The notes beneath the pieces were generated by a model. That model saw only the letters and a program-made list of their open reading frames with translations. It had not been told where the DNA came from and did no database searches. Position numbers and translations under genes: made by a program. A stretch of DNA of 64,000 nt from an uncultured Clostridia bacterium (GTDB lineage: Bacteria; Bacillota; Clostridia; TANB77; CAG-508). Each line of letters opens with the position of its first letter. Positions within the stretch are counted from its first letter, which is position 1. Of the stretch, positions 10,055-21,174 are shown in pieces. The stretch covers positions 4,179 to 68,178 of the forward strand of contig CALXFC010000001.1 in the NCBI GenBank assembly GCA_944387485.1, written 5' to 3'.

Positions 10055-10927
10055 ATGAAGGAAACAGAAAAAATATTAAAGCAATTAAACAAACATTTAG
10101 AAAAACTAAACTTAGAGACAGAAGAAGAAATAAATAAAGAAATAGAAAAATTTATTGATTCATATAATGAAAAAGGATTAGAAAATGTGGAAGAAACACC
10201 AGAATATAAATCAGATGAATTATTAGAAGAAGCATATGAAGCAGAAACAGAAAAAGAAGCTAGAAAACTAGCAAAAAAAGCTTTAGAAGTTTATCCAGAT
10301 AATATAGATGCACAAACATTTTTAGCAAATATGGAAGAAAATCCTATGAATAAATTAAAAAAGCTTGATTGGGCAATTGAAAAAGCAAGAAAAATATTAG
10401 AAGATAAAGGTTTTTTTGAGGAAGAAAATATAGGTGATTTTTGGGTAATATTAGAAACAAGACCATATATGAGAGCAAGAAATTTTAAAGTAGAAACATT
10501 AATGATTTTAGGAAGATATCGTGAAGCTATAAAAGAATGTGAAGAATTATTAAAATTATGCGAAAATGACAATATTGGAATTAGATATAAATTAATGGGA
10601 TTATATTGTTTCCTAGAAGAGTTTGATAAATGTGAAAAATTATTTAAAAAATATAAAGAAGATTCAGCATTTATGCTATTTCCAATGTCAATTATGTATT
10701 ATAAAAAGGGTGATTACAAAAAATCAGTAAAAATGCTTGAAAGATTAGATGATGTAAACCCATATGTAATTAATTGCATAGGTGATGAAGAAATCTTTTC
10801 TAGTGAACCAGTAGAATATTATGCACAAGGTTCAGAAGAAGAAGCACAGCTAGTGTTTTTAGAGTTTTTCTACATATTTGCAAGTTTGCCATCATTTTTA
10901 GATTTTGTTTTAATAAAAATGAGATAA
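10055..10927 (+). CDS. hypothetical TPR-like helical protein
   Basis: AAAGGAGGA RBS then ATG at 10055 (MKETEKILKQL...). Alpha-helical repeats. Confidence 0.45.
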   Translation: MKETEKILKQLNKHLEKLNLETEEEINKEIEKFIDSYNEKGLENVEETPEYKSDELLEEAYEAETEKEARKLAKKALEVYPDNIDAQTFLANMEENPMNKLKKLDWAIEKARKILEDKGFFEEENIGDFWVILETRPYMRARNFKVETLMILGRYREAIKECEELLKLCENDNIGIRYKLMGLYCFLEEFDKCEKLFKKYKEDSAFMLFPMSIMYYKKGDYKKSVKMLERLDDVNPYVINCIGDEEIFSSEPVEYYAQGSEEEAQLVFLEFFYIFASLPSFLDFVLIKMR

Positions 10928-11026
10928 GATATTTTAAAGAAAGTAATTTAATTGCTTTCTTTTTTGATTGAGATTTTTTAAAAAATATGATATATAATAT
11001 AAAGAAAAAAGAAGAAGGAGAAAAAT

Positions 11027-11389
11027 ATGCAAAGAATTATAGTAGAAGTTGGTTCAAAAAATACTAATATAGATGTATGTTATAAAGAAGAAACAAAACA
11101 TATAATGACTCAAGAAATAAAGTTTGAAGAAAATTATAAAAAAGAGGGAAAATTAGATAAAAAAGATATAGATACATTAATAGAAAGAGTAAAAATATTA
11201 AATGTAGTTTATTATGATATCAATATTTATGGAACAGGAATATTTAAAGACTTAAAAGAAGATGAAAAGAAAAAGTTTGTAGAATATTTTAAAGAGCAAA
11301 CTGGAAGAAAATTTGAGATATTAAATGAAAATGAAGAAAAAATCTTACTAGAAAAGGGCGTAGAATACTTAGCAAATAAAAATAATTAA
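11027..11389 (+). CDS. hypothetical protein
   Basis: 120-aa ORF with GGAGAA RBS; no recognisable motif. Confidence 0.4.
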   Translation: MQRIIVEVGSKNTNIDVCYKEETKHIMTQEIKFEENYKKEGKLDKKDIDTLIERVKILNVVYYDINIYGTGIFKDLKEDEKKKFVEYFKEQTGRKFEILNENEEKILLEKGVEYLANKNN

Positions 11390-11437
11390 AAAATAATTAT
11401 AAAAGGTATTTGTTTCTACAAATTTAGCATAAAAAAA

Positions 11438-11446
11438 GTGTATAAT
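11438..11446 (+). promoter_or_regulatory. extended -10 element (TGTATAAT) upstream of era
   Basis: aagTGtATAATaaaa about 80 nt upstream of the era start. Confidence 0.4.
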
Positions 11447-11524
11447 AAAATATAGGATGAGTTCCAAACGGAGACATTTATGAGTGCAAAGGAAACGTCT
11501 TAGATAGCGACATGGAGGAGAAAA

Positions 11525-12428
11525 ATGGAAGAATTTAAATCAGGTTTTGTAACTTTAATTGGAAGAACAAATGTAGGAAAATCAACTTTAATTAATTTAC
11601 TAGTTGGCGAAAAAGTTGCAGCAATTGCAAATAAAGTGCAAACAACAAGAACTGCAATTAGAGGAATAGTAAATAGAGAAAATTCACAAATAATATTTAC
11701 AGATACACCAGGAATCCATAAACCTAGAACTAAATTAAGTGAGACTATGTTAGATACTTCGTATACAAGTTTAAAAGATGCAGATTTAGTGCTGTTTTTA
11801 ATTGAAGCTACAAGTGATGAAATAGGTAGAGGAGATAGAAGAATATTAGAAAAAATAAAGGAAGATAAAGCAAAAACAATTTTAATTATAAATAAGATTG
11901 ATTTAGTAAAAAAAGAAAAACTTTTAAAATTAATTGATTTATATAGTAAAGAATATGATTTTGAAGCGGTTATTCCAATATCTGCAACTGACTCAAAATA
12001 CAAAGAAATAATTTTAAATGAAATAGAAAAGAACCTAAAACCTCGGTCCTGCATATTATGATAAAGAGGAATATACAGACCAAACAATGAGACAACTAGC
12101 AGAAGAGACTATAAGAGAAAAGGCTTTAAAATTATTACAAGATGAAGTGCCACATGGCATTTATGTTGAAGTAGAAAAAATGAAAGAAAGAAAAAACAAA
12201 AATGGAGAAGATATATATGACATAGAAGCAACAATATATTGCTTAAAAAATTCACATAAAGGAATTATTATTGGAAAAAATGGAGAAATGTTAAAAAGAA
12301 TTGGAAGGCTAGCAAGAATTGATATGGAAGAAAATTTTGGTGTAAAAGTAAATTTAAAAACTTGGGTAAAAGTAAAAGAAGATTGGCAAGATAATAATTC
12401 TATTGTAAAAAAATTTAAATTACAATAA
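11525..12428 (+). CDS. era: GTPase Era, frame broken at in-frame CGG (12044-12046); the 12087..12428 ORF is the KH-domain tail
   Basis: G1 GRTNVGKST, G3 DTPG, G4 NKID. ...EIEKNLKP-R(CGG)-SCIL*. Skipping C12044 gives ...NLKPGPAYYDKEEYTDQTMRQLAEETIREKALKLLQDEVPHG... (conserved Era linker and KH domain). Confidence 0.8.
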
Positions 12429-12523
12429 TAATTAAAAAAAATAAAATCAGTATAAAAAGAGATTAAAAAGCAAAAGATAAATTAAAGTTAGATAAAAACT
12501 TTAATTAAAAAGGAAGTGAGCTT

Positions 12524-12682
12524 ATGATAAAGAAAATAGCATGGGATACCTTTAAAAATACAGGAGATATTAATGCGTTTTTAGAGTTAAAACAAATAGA
12601 AAATATAGAGAAAAATATATATAAAGAAAAGGATATAGAAAAAAATGGCGAACTTGAAAGTAAATGGAATAATACTCTCTGA
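12524..12682 (+). CDS. yqzL: YqzL-family small protein
   Basis: MIKKIAWDTFKNTGDINAFLELKQIENIEK... 52 aa, GGAAGTGAG RBS, located between era and recO as in Bacillus. Confidence 0.6.
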   Translation: MIKKIAWDTFKNTGDINAFLELKQIENIEKNIYKEKDIEKNGELESKWNNTL

Positions 12683-13373
12683 ACATAATCTTGGCGATTT
12701 TGATAAAATGCTAACAATGTTAACGCCAGGTATTGGAAAGATTTCGTGTGTAGCTAAAGGAGCAAGAAGACCTAAAAGCGCTCTTTTAGCTGGCACGCAA
12801 ATGTTTTGCTTTGGAGAATATTTAATGTATAAAGGGACAAGTACATATCATATAAATTCAGTAGAACCAATTGAAATATTTTATAACTTGCGAACAGATT
12901 TAGATAAATTAAAATATGCTGTACATATAAATAAAATAGTTCAAGATGTAACTCATGAAAATCAGAATTGTTATAATATTTTACAATTACTATTAAATAC
13001 ACTTTATACAATTTCAGAAACTGATAAAGATTTGGATTTTGTTTTAAGTGTATTTAAAATGCGTCTTTTGTGCATATTAGGCTTTACTCCAAATATTAGA
13101 GAATGTGTGGGTTGCAAAGAAAAGAAAAATTTAGGATATTTTAGTATAAAAGATGATGGATTTAAGTGTAGTGCTTGTGCTAAGCAAGATACATCTGCAT
13201 TAGAAATGAATGAGAGTACAAAAAGTGCAGTTATATATACGATTACAGCACCTGCTAAAAAATTATATTCATTTAGTATTAAAGATGAGGCTTTAGAGGA
13301 ATTTAAGTTGATAGCAAAGATATATTTTAATCAAAAATTAGAAAAAGAGTATAAGTTAGAAGAATTATTTTAA
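12645..13373 (+). CDS. recO: DNA repair protein RecO
   Basis: N-terminal OB fold GIILSEHNLGDFDKMLTMLTPGIGKISCVAKGARRPKS; Cys4 zinc motif CVGC...CSAC; era-recO synteny. Confidence 0.8.
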   Translation: MANLKVNGIILSEHNLGDFDKMLTMLTPGIGKISCVAKGARRPKSALLAGTQMFCFGEYLMYKGTSTYHINSVEPIEIFYNLRTDLDKLKYAVHINKIVQDVTHENQNCYNILQLLLNTLYTISETDKDLDFVLSVFKMRLLCILGFTPNIRECVGCKEKKNLGYFSIKDDGFKCSACAKQDTSALEMNESTKSAVIYTITAPAKKLYSFSIKDEALEEFKLIAKIYFNQKLEKEYKLEELF

Positions 13374-13456
13374 AAAACTTGAAAAAAATAGAAATAACAG
13401 ATATAATAAACATATAACTTAAAATTTTAACTTTAAAAGAGAAGGGAGCGATTTTT

Positions 13457-13984
13457 ATGAAAATAAAAATAACAGGAAAGGAACTAAAGATAACAGAAGC
13501 AATAAACGATTATGTAGAAAGAAAATTAGACAGAATTGATAAATATTTTGAAGATGCAGAAGCTGAAGTTACTTTAAGAACTGAAAAAACAGAACAAATT
13601 GCTGAAATTTATGTAACAGCGAAAGGAGAAAAATATAGAGCAGTAACAGAGGATAAGGATATGTATGCATCAATAGATAAAGATATAGATATTTTAGAAG
13701 GACAAATTAGAAAAACAAAAACTAAAAAAGAAAAAATGATGAGAGAAGGATCTCTTAAAACTATGGAAGTAAATGAACCAAAGCATACAGAGGTAGAAAA
13801 CGAAATAATAAAAACATCTTATTATGAAATTAAACCAATGCTTCCAGAAGATGCAGTATTGAAATTACAAGAAAAACCTACACATAATTTCTTAGCATTT
13901 ATAAATGTAGAAACAGGAAAAGTAAATGTTGTACATAAATTAAAAGATGGTAAAAATTATGGCTTAGTAGAACCAGAAGAGTAA
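13457..13984 (+). CDS. hpf: ribosome hibernation promoting factor (long HPF/YvyD)
   Basis: MKIKITGKELKITEAINDYVERKLDRIDKYF... plus a C-terminal dimerisation domain; 175 aa. Confidence 0.8.
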   Translation: MKIKITGKELKITEAINDYVERKLDRIDKYFEDAEAEVTLRTEKTEQIAEIYVTAKGEKYRAVTEDKDMYASIDKDIDILEGQIRKTKTKKEKMMREGSLKTMEVNEPKHTEVENEIIKTSYYEIKPMLPEDAVLKLQEKPTHNFLAFINVETGKVNVVHKLKDGKNYGLVEPEE

Positions 13985-14091
13985 TAAAAAATTATAAATA
14001 AGTATAGGCAGGAAGTATTTCTTGCCTTAAATAGTATAATAAAGAAAAAATAAAAAGAAAATAGGGGGAAAACCGGAAAGAAGGAAAAACA

Positions 14092-14658
14092 ATGGAAGGA
14101 ATGGATAAATTAAGAAAAGAAATAGAACAATATGAACCATATAACGAACAAGAAGAACAAGACAAGAGTGTTATTCTAAAATATATAGATACATTTGATG
14201 ATGTATTAACAAGAAAAAATGAATTTGGACATTTTACTGCATCAAGTTGGGTACTAAATAAAGAAAGGACAAAAGTATTAATGATATACCATAATATTTA
14301 TAAATCATGGGCATGGACAGGAGGACATAGTGATGGTGACAGTAATTTGTTAAATGTAGCTTTAAGAGAAGTAAAAGAAGAAACAGGAATAAAAAATGTA
14401 AGACCTATAAAAAATGATATTTTCTCTTTGGAAATAATATGTGTTAATGGACATGTAAAAAGAGGAAAGTATGTATCTTCACATGTACATTTAAATGTTA
14501 CATATTTATTAGAAGCGGATGAAAATGAAGAATTAAGAATAAAAGAAGATGAAAATAGTGGAGTTAAATGGGTAGATATTGATAAAGCAATAGAAGTATC
14601 AAATGAAGCTTGGATGAAAGAAATTTATAAAAAGCTAATAGAAAAGCAGAAGAAATAA
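14092..14658 (+). CDS. NUDIX hydrolase
   Basis: Nudix box GGHSDGDSNLLNVALREVKEETGI. Confidence 0.7.
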   Translation: MEGMDKLRKEIEQYEPYNEQEEQDKSVILKYIDTFDDVLTRKNEFGHFTASSWVLNKERTKVLMIYHNIYKSWAWTGGHSDGDSNLLNVALREVKEETGIKNVRPIKNDIFSLEIICVNGHVKRGKYVSSHVHLNVTYLLEADENEELRIKEDENSGVKWVDIDKAIEVSNEAWMKEIYKKLIEKQKK

Positions 14659-14669
14659 ATCTTCTGCTC

Positions 14670-16052
14670 TTAATCAACAAGCATTGGTCCAATTTCAGTT
14701 ACAGTACCTGCACCTAATGTTATAACTATATCATTTTTTTCTATATTATCTTTTATGTATTTTACGCATTCTTCAAAATTAGGAATATATTTTGCGTCTT
14801 TTCCCAAAGATTTAATTTTATCTACCAAATCTTTCGAAGAAATATTATATGTATTTTTTTCTCTTGCAGCATATATATCTAAAACTATAATATGGTCAAA
14901 ATTAATTAAAGCATTTGCAAAATCATCTAATAAAGTTTTTGTTCTACTATAAGTATGTGGTTGGAAAACAACCCAAGACTTATTATATTTTTTATTTGAT
15001 AATGAATTATATGTTGCCTTTATTTCGGTTGGGTGATGTGCATAGTCATCATAAACACTTGATGTTCCATTTATTTTTCCTTTAAATTCAAATCTTCTAT
15101 GTGCTCCTGTAAATCTTTCTAATGCAATTTCTATATCTTTTCTTTCAATACCATATTCTGTACATAGTGCTGTACAAGCTAAAGCATTTAAAACATTATG
15201 ACGTCCAGGTACAGAAAGTTTTAATTTCAAGAAAAATTCTTTTTTATAATATACATCAAATTCTGGAAAACCATCATCATCAAAAGCAATATTTCTAGCT
15301 GTAAAATCAGCATCTTGATTATCTATTCCATATGTATAAACTTTTGCTCCAGTATATTTTGGTAAATCTAAGCAATTTTTGTCATCAGCATTTGTTACTA
15401 AAATACCATCATTTGGAAGTAATTTAACATATTTAATAAATGCATTTTTTATATTATCAAAAGTTTTAAAATAATCTAAGTGGTCATTATCAATATTTAA
15501 AATAATTTCAGCTTTAGGGCTAAATTTCAAGAAACTTTCAACATATTCACATGCTTCGATTATAAAATGTTCACTATTTCCAACTCTATAATTGCCATTT
15601 AAAGGTTTTAGTAAAGCACCTACTTGAATACTAGGATCTTTTAAAGCCTCTAAAAAGCAAAGAGAAATCATAGATGTTGTAGTTGTTTTACCGTGTGTTC
15701 CTGAAATACAAATAGTATCTTTATAACAACGTGTGATTTCACCTAAAAAATCAGCTCTTTCTATTGTTGGAATACCTAATCTTTTTGCTTCTAGCATTTC
15801 AGGATCATCTTGTTTTATTGCAGCAGAATAAATCACAACATCAGAATTTGCAACATCTTCGATATTATGACCTATAACAACTTTAATTCCTTTTTTTAAT
15901 AATAATTGCACTGCTTCAGAATCAGAAGCATCAGAACCTGTTACATTAAATCCCCAGTTTTGAAGAATAGCAGCAATCCCGCTCATACTAATTCCACCGA
16001 TTCCAATCATATGTATATTTTTATATTTTTTTATATGTTCAATATTTGGCAT
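14670..16052 (-). CDS. murC: UDP-N-acetylmuramate--L-alanine ligase
   Basis: MPNIEHIKKYKNIHMIGIGGISMSGIAAIL...GTHGKTTTTSMI... Mur ligase signature; 460 aa. Confidence 0.85.
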   Translation of the reverse strand: MPNIEHIKKYKNIHMIGIGGISMSGIAAILQNWGFNVTGSDASDSEAVQLLLKKGIKVVIGHNIEDVANSDVVIYSAAIKQDDPEMLEAKRLGIPTIERADFLGEITRCYKDTICISGTHGKTTTTSMISLCFLEALKDPSIQVGALLKPLNGNYRVGNSEHFIIEACEYVESFLKFSPKAEIILNIDNDHLDYFKTFDNIKNAFIKYVKLLPNDGILVTNADDKNCLDLPKYTGAKVYTYGIDNQDADFTARNIAFDDDGFPEFDVYYKKEFFLKLKLSVPGRHNVLNALACTALCTEYGIERKDIEIALERFTGAHRRFEFKGKINGTSSVYDDYAHHPTEIKATYNSLSNKKYNKSWVVFQPHTYSRTKTLLDDFANALINFDHIIVLDIYAAREKNTYNISSKDLVDKIKSLGKDAKYIPNFEECVKYIKDNIEKNDIVITLGAGTVTEIGPMLVD

Positions 16053-16308
16053 AAATACACAACTCCTTTTATGATAACAAATTATATAATTATATTCTTA
16101 AAATTTCAAGTATTTAGATAAAAATCTAATATAATATATTAAAAAAATAAAAAAATGGTTACAATATATAAAGAAAAAAACAAATAAAATTAAATTTTTT
16201 GTAAAAAAAAGAAGGAAAAAATTTTTTTATGAAGAATAATATAATTGTACATAAGATTAAACGGTATGTACAAAAAAATTAAAACTTAAGGAAGGCGGTG
16301 CACGCAAA

Positions 16309-16584
16309 ATGCAAATCACAGATGTACGTTTAAGAAAAGTAAATTCAGAGAACAGAATGAAAGCTGTTGCTTCTGTAACATTCGATAACGAATTCGCAGT
16401 TCATGATATTAAAGTTATCGAAAGCCAAAATGGATTATTTATAGCTATGCCTAGCAGAAAAACTCCAAACGGAGAATTCAAAGATATAGCTCATCCAATC
16501 AATGCTGAAACTAGAGAAAAAATTCAAAAAGCTATCTTAGAAGCTTATGAAGCTCCAGAGCAAACAGAAGAATCAGCAGAATAA
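16309..16584 (+). CDS. spoVG: septation protein SpoVG
   Basis: [65 protein letters not shown]... Confidence 0.9.
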   Translation: MQITDVRLRKVNSENRMKAVASVTFDNEFAVHDIKVIESQNGLFIAMPSRKTPNGEFKDIAHPINAETREKIQKAILEAYEAPEQTEESAE

Positions 16585-16594
16585 TAAAAAGTAA

Positions 16595-16620
16595 GAAGCA
16601 CCTTTGTTGGTGCTTTTTTG
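16595..16620 (+). terminator. rho-independent terminator of spoVG
   Basis: AAGCACCtttgttGGTGCTTTTTTG. Confidence 0.75.
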
Positions 16621-16622
16621 GT

Positions 16623-16653
16623 GCTGTTTTTTTCCTCCGTCCCCAAAAACAGC
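16623..16653. repeat. copy 2 (inverted orientation) of the CTGTTTTT-GGGGACGGAG-AAAAACAG element
   Basis: GCTGTTTTTTTCCTCCGTCCCCAAAAACAGC. Confidence 0.7.
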
Positions 16654-16727
16654 ATTTAAAAGACTTGAAAAAATATAAAAAACAAGGTAAAATAGATAAG
16701 TAAAAAATAAATTTTAGGAGAAAGATA

Positions 16728-17291
16728 ATGTATTTAATAGTAGGACTTGGAAATCCTGAAGAAGATTATAGGAATACAAGACATAATATGGGATTTGATA
16801 CAATAAATAAAATATCTGAAGAATATAATATAGGAGTAAACAAAAAGAAATTTAAAGGGTTATGTGGAACAGGAGTAATAGAAGGAGAAAAAGTAATATT
16901 ATTAAAGCCACAGACTTTTATGAACCTAAGTGGAGAAAGTGTAAAAGAGGTTGTTGATTTCTACAAAATAGAGAATAATGATATAATAATTATCTATGAT
17001 GATATAGATATAGATTTAGGAACTATTAAAATAAGAAAAAAGGGAAACCCTGGTTCTCATAACGGAATGAAATCAGTTGTTAAATATTTAGGAACAGAAT
17101 TTCCAAGAATAAGGATTGGAATTGGAAAACCAGAAGATGGTGACTTTATAAAATATGTAATAGGTCCAATACCAGAAGAAGAAAAAGAAATATTAGATAG
17201 ATCTACAACTCTTGCAAAAGATGCTACAATTGAGATAATAAAGCAAGGAGTAGATAATGCAATGAATAAATTTAATAAAAAGGAAGGTTGA
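16728..17291 (+). CDS. pth: peptidyl-tRNA hydrolase
   Basis: MYLIVGLGNPEEDYRNTRHNMGF...; 187 aa. Confidence 0.85.
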   Translation: MYLIVGLGNPEEDYRNTRHNMGFDTINKISEEYNIGVNKKKFKGLCGTGVIEGEKVILLKPQTFMNLSGESVKEVVDFYKIENNDIIIIYDDIDIDLGTIKIRKKGNPGSHNGMKSVVKYLGTEFPRIRIGIGKPEDGDFIKYVIGPIPEEEKEILDRSTTLAKDATIEIIKQGVDNAMNKFNKKEG

Positions 17292-17292
17292 A

Positions 17293-18477
17293 ATGACAGA
17301 GATATTTGTACGAAAAAATAATGATAAAAAAGAAATAGCTTTAGTAGAAAATGGAATATTGGTAGAATATTATGATAATGACAATGAAGATAGCAGAAAA
17401 GAAGGAAATATATACGTAGGAATTGTTAAAAATGTAATAGAAGGAATGCAGTCTGCCTTTGTAAATATAGGGACAGAAAAGAATAGTTTTATACACTTGA
17501 AAGATATTTTCCCTAAAGTTGATGAAACAAAGGAAAAAGTTAATTTAAATGTCAACATAAAAGATGTAGTAAAACCAAATCAAAAAATATTGGTACAGGT
17601 TAAAAAAGATAGTAATGAACAAAAGGGAGCAAGAGTGTCTACACATATAAATTTACCTAGCAAATATATTGTTTTAATGCCAAATACAGATATAGTAACA
17701 ATTTCACAAAAAATAGAAAATAAAGAAGAACAAAAAAGACTTATAAAATTAGTAAAGAATAATTTAAGTAAAAATAACGGAGCAGTAATTAGAACTTCAG
17801 CAGAAGGAAAAGAACAGGAAATAATAGAAGATATAAAAAATATTGAATCAAAATGGAAAAAAATACTTAAAATGAATACTAATTTAAATGATAATAAACC
17901 AAGGCTATTATATAAAAGTGAAAATATCTTAGAAAAAATATTAATAGATTTAATAGAAAATAATATTACTAAAATAGTAGTAAACGAAAAAGAAGAACAA
18001 AAAGAAGTTGAGAAGATATTGAAAGACAGTTTCAAAGATAAGAATATAAAGGTAGAGTTAAAAGAGAAAGAGAATATTTTCGATATATATGATATAGAAA
18101 AACAAATACAAAAATCAAAAAAAAGGAAAGTATGGCTTAGATGTGGAGGGTTTATTACAATTGATAAAACAGAAGCGTTAACAGCAATTGATGTAAATAC
18201 AGGGAAATATATAGGATCAAAGAATTTAGAACAAACAATATTTAAGGTAAACAGAGAAGCTACTATAGAAATTGCAAAACAGATAAGATTAAGAGATACT
18301 GGTGGAATAATTATTATAGACTATATAGATATGCTAAATGATGAACATAAGAAAAAGATAGAAGAAATATTAAAAGAGGAACTGAAGAAAGATAGAACAA
18401 AAACACAAGTAGAAGGATTTACAAAGTTAGATTTAATGGAAATGACAAGAAAACATATATGTAGTCATAAAGAGTGA
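17293..18477 (+). CDS. rng: ribonuclease E/G family protein (S1 plus catalytic domain)
   Basis: S1 region GNIYVGIVKNVIEGMQSAFVNIGTEKNSFIHL; C-terminal ...GFTKLDLMEMTRK. Confidence 0.6.
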   Translation: MTEIFVRKNNDKKEIALVENGILVEYYDNDNEDSRKEGNIYVGIVKNVIEGMQSAFVNIGTEKNSFIHLKDIFPKVDETKEKVNLNVNIKDVVKPNQKILVQVKKDSNEQKGARVSTHINLPSKYIVLMPNTDIVTISQKIENKEEQKRLIKLVKNNLSKNNGAVIRTSAEGKEQEIIEDIKNIESKWKKILKMNTNLNDNKPRLLYKSENILEKILIDLIENNITKIVVNEKEEQKEVEKILKDSFKDKNIKVELKEKENIFDIYDIEKQIQKSKKRKVWLRCGGFITIDKTEALTAIDVNTGKYIGSKNLEQTIFKVNREATIEIAKQIRLRDTGGIIIIDYIDMLNDEHKKKIEEILKEELKKDRTKTQVEGFTKLDLMEMTRKHICSHKE

Positions 18478-18523
18478 TAATTTTAGGGACAGGTCTTATT
18501 TGTTCCAAAGAAAGAAGGAAGAA

Positions 18524-19891
18524 ATGAACGTAGGATTTATATCGCTTGGATGTAGTAAGAATTTGATAGATACTGAAATAACAATTGGAAAGTTTAAAGA
18601 ACATAATTATGATATTGTAAATGATGAAGAAAAAGCAGATATATTAGTTATTAATACGTGTGGATTTATTGATTCTGCAAAAGAAGAAGCAATAAATACA
18701 ATATTGGAAATGGCAGAATATAAGAAGAAAAGATGTAAGTATTTGATAGTAATGGGATGTTTAGTTCAAAGATATTATGATGAATTAATAAAATTACTTC
18801 CAGAAGTAGATTTATGGATAAAGTTGGATGAATATGATATCCTTTGGAGAAAAATAAATGATTTAGTAAAAAAGGATATTGTAGAGAAATCAAAAACAAA
18901 GAAAATAACAAAAATATCTGAAATTCCACCAATGCCTATGTTTATTCAAGATGAATATTTAAATAGAACGATAACCACAGGGGAAAATTATGCTTATTTA
19001 AAAATAGGTGAAGGTTGTAGTAACAGGTGTACATATTGTGCTATACCATATATAAGAGGACCTTTTGTGAGTAGAAAAAAAGAAGATATTATAGAAGAAG
19101 CTAAAAGACTAGCAGAAAAAGGAATAAGAGAAATAATTATAATTGCTCAAGATACTACAAAATATGGAATAGATATATATGGGGAAAGTAAACTTGCAAG
19201 CCTATTAGTTGATATTAGTAAAATTGAAGATATAAAATGGATTAGATTTTTATATAGTTATCCAGAAGGGATAACTGATGAACTAATAGATGTAGTAGCC
19301 AATAATCCTAAAATTGCAAAATATTTTGATATTCCACTTCAACATATATCAAATAATGTTTTAAAAAGAATGAATAGAAGAACAAATAAAAGACAAATAA
19401 CCGAATTAATTACTAAAATAAGAAATAAAATACCTGAGGTAACATTAAGGACAAGTTTAATTGTGGGATTTCCAGGAGAGACAAAAGGAGAGTTTGATGA
19501 ACTTTTAGAGTTTGTTAAAAAAGTTAAATTTGATAAATTAGGAGTATTTAAATATTCTAAGGAAGATGGAACTCCAGCAGCAAAACTTCCTGAACAGATT
19601 CATGGAAATACTAAAACTTCAAGATATAATAAAATAATGAAGGAGCAGCAAAAAATTTCAAAGGAGAATTTAGAGAAAAAAATAGGAAAAATTTACGAAG
19701 TTTTAATAGAAAATGTTTCTTTTGATGGTAAATATTATATTGGAAGAACAATTGAAAATGTTCCTGATATAGATGGATTAGTGTATATAAAAAATGATGG
19801 TAAATTAAGAGAAAGTGAAATGATTAATAAATTTATAAATTGTAAAATTATAGAAGTAAATAGTTATGATTTAATTGGTAAGATTATTTAG
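18524..19891 (+). CDS. rimO: ribosomal protein S12 methylthiotransferase RimO (radical SAM MTTase with TRAM)
   Basis: MNVGFISLGCSKNLIDTE; radical-SAM CSNRCTYC; C-terminal TRAM. Confidence 0.75.
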   Translation: MNVGFISLGCSKNLIDTEITIGKFKEHNYDIVNDEEKADILVINTCGFIDSAKEEAINTILEMAEYKKKRCKYLIVMGCLVQRYYDELIKLLPEVDLWIKLDEYDILWRKINDLVKKDIVEKSKTKKITKISEIPPMPMFIQDEYLNRTITTGENYAYLKIGEGCSNRCTYCAIPYIRGPFVSRKKEDIIEEAKRLAEKGIREIIIIAQDTTKYGIDIYGESKLASLLVDISKIEDIKWIRFLYSYPEGITDELIDVVANNPKIAKYFDIPLQHISNNVLKRMNRRTNKRQITELITKIRNKIPEVTLRTSLIVGFPGETKGEFDELLEFVKKVKFDKLGVFKYSKEDGTPAAKLPEQIHGNTKTSRYNKIMKEQQKISKENLEKKIGKIYEVLIENVSFDGKYYIGRTIENVPDIDGLVYIKNDGKLRESEMINKFINCKIIEVNSYDLIGKII

Positions 19892-19902
19892 GGGATGGTT
19901 AT

Positions 19903-21162
19903 ATGTTAATTAATCTAGAAAACAATGAAAAAATAGCAATAACAGTTATAAAAAAGCCTGGAAGAGGTGATTTATATGAATATTATTTAGAAGATACAAA
20001 AATTGGGGTATTAGATACAGATGTTATGGAAGATAATATTTTAATGTTACAAAATACGCTTGATAATGAATTGATAAATCAAATAAAAGATTCAATAAAT
20101 AAATTACCAAGAGAAGAGATAGAAAGAGAAGGTCAATTGTCTTCAGAAATTGATACATATATGAGAGAATTTGGAAAACGAAAAGAAAAAGTTAAGAGCA
20201 TAAGTGTAGCAAAAATAGATTGCGAAGATAGATTTGAAGAAAAAAATGATAAAAATGCAAATAGAGGAAAGAATGAAAAAGAAGATAAAACATCATCAAC
20301 TGAAGAAGATATAACTATAAAACAATCTGTTGATTTAGATGAAAGAGCTAATGATATGCATGATGTAAGAAAATGGTTAGGACTTCCACAGACTGTTGAT
20401 AGAATTGGTGTTATTGAATCAGATCAAATGAGTGAGTTAAAAAACGAAAAAGGAGAGAAATATGATAATTCGACTACTAGATATTCACTTGTAGCAATTA
20501 GAAAAGATGGAAAAATAGAGCCATTATCAAGATATATTCCGAATTTAGAGAAAAGAGATAGTGCAGGAAATGATCCAACCAAAGAGAGTTACCAAGTAGA
20601 TTCTGAGGGAAGAGTAGAAAAGGATGCAGTTTTAAGTGAATATCAATTTGGTTCAAAAATTATACAAATTGATAATAGAGAAATGGGGAGAATTGAGATA
20701 AATATAGGAGAAGAAGCAAGGGATTCTACAGAAACAATAGGCGTTCAACTAAGAGGAGAAAATACTTTTTTTGCTACAGACACAAGTACAAGAAGTATAA
20801 TAGGGGAATATGAACAAAATGGTGAAGATACTGTGGAAATGAATTTGGAAGAGGCAAAGAGACATCCTATAGGTGATGCTAAAATGGATGAGAGAGATGT
20901 AGACGGGGACTTACAAACAAAATCACATATCCATGTAGGAGATAAAATATTTTTAGAAAATGGGAAAGAATTAACATTTGATGAGCTAGCTGTAAGATGG
21001 GGATTTTATAATGATGATGGAAGCCCTGATAAAGAACATGCGAAAGAAATGTATTTGGAAGAGCAAAACAAGGATATAGAGCAAAAACCAGAAAAAGTGA
21101 TAGAACAAATAGACGAAGAATTGGAAGGCCAAATGATGAGTCCAAATCAAAGAGGAGCTTAA
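19903..21162 (+). CDS. hypothetical acidic protein
   Basis: 419-aa D/E-rich ORF without recognisable motifs. Confidence 0.4.
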   Translation: MLINLENNEKIAITVIKKPGRGDLYEYYLEDTKIGVLDTDVMEDNILMLQNTLDNELINQIKDSINKLPREEIEREGQLSSEIDTYMREFGKRKEKVKSISVAKIDCEDRFEEKNDKNANRGKNEKEDKTSSTEEDITIKQSVDLDERANDMHDVRKWLGLPQTVDRIGVIESDQMSELKNEKGEKYDNSTTRYSLVAIRKDGKIEPLSRYIPNLEKRDSAGNDPTKESYQVDSEGRVEKDAVLSEYQFGSKIIQIDNREMGRIEINIGEEARDSTETIGVQLRGENTFFATDTSTRSIIGEYEQNGEDTVEMNLEEAKRHPIGDAKMDERDVDGDLQTKSHIHVGDKIFLENGKELTFDELAVRWGFYNDDGSPDKEHAKEMYLEEQNKDIEQKPEKVIEQIDEELEGQMMSPNQRGA

Positions 21163-21174
21163 GGCTCCTCTTAA

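Noticed and set aside
12505-12796. Two minus-strand ORFs (12505..12717, 12587..12796) between era and recO
   Set aside because: The plus-strand YqzL-family ORF (12524..12682) has an RBS and fits era-yqzL-recO synteny. The minus ORFs are hydrophobic antisense artefacts.
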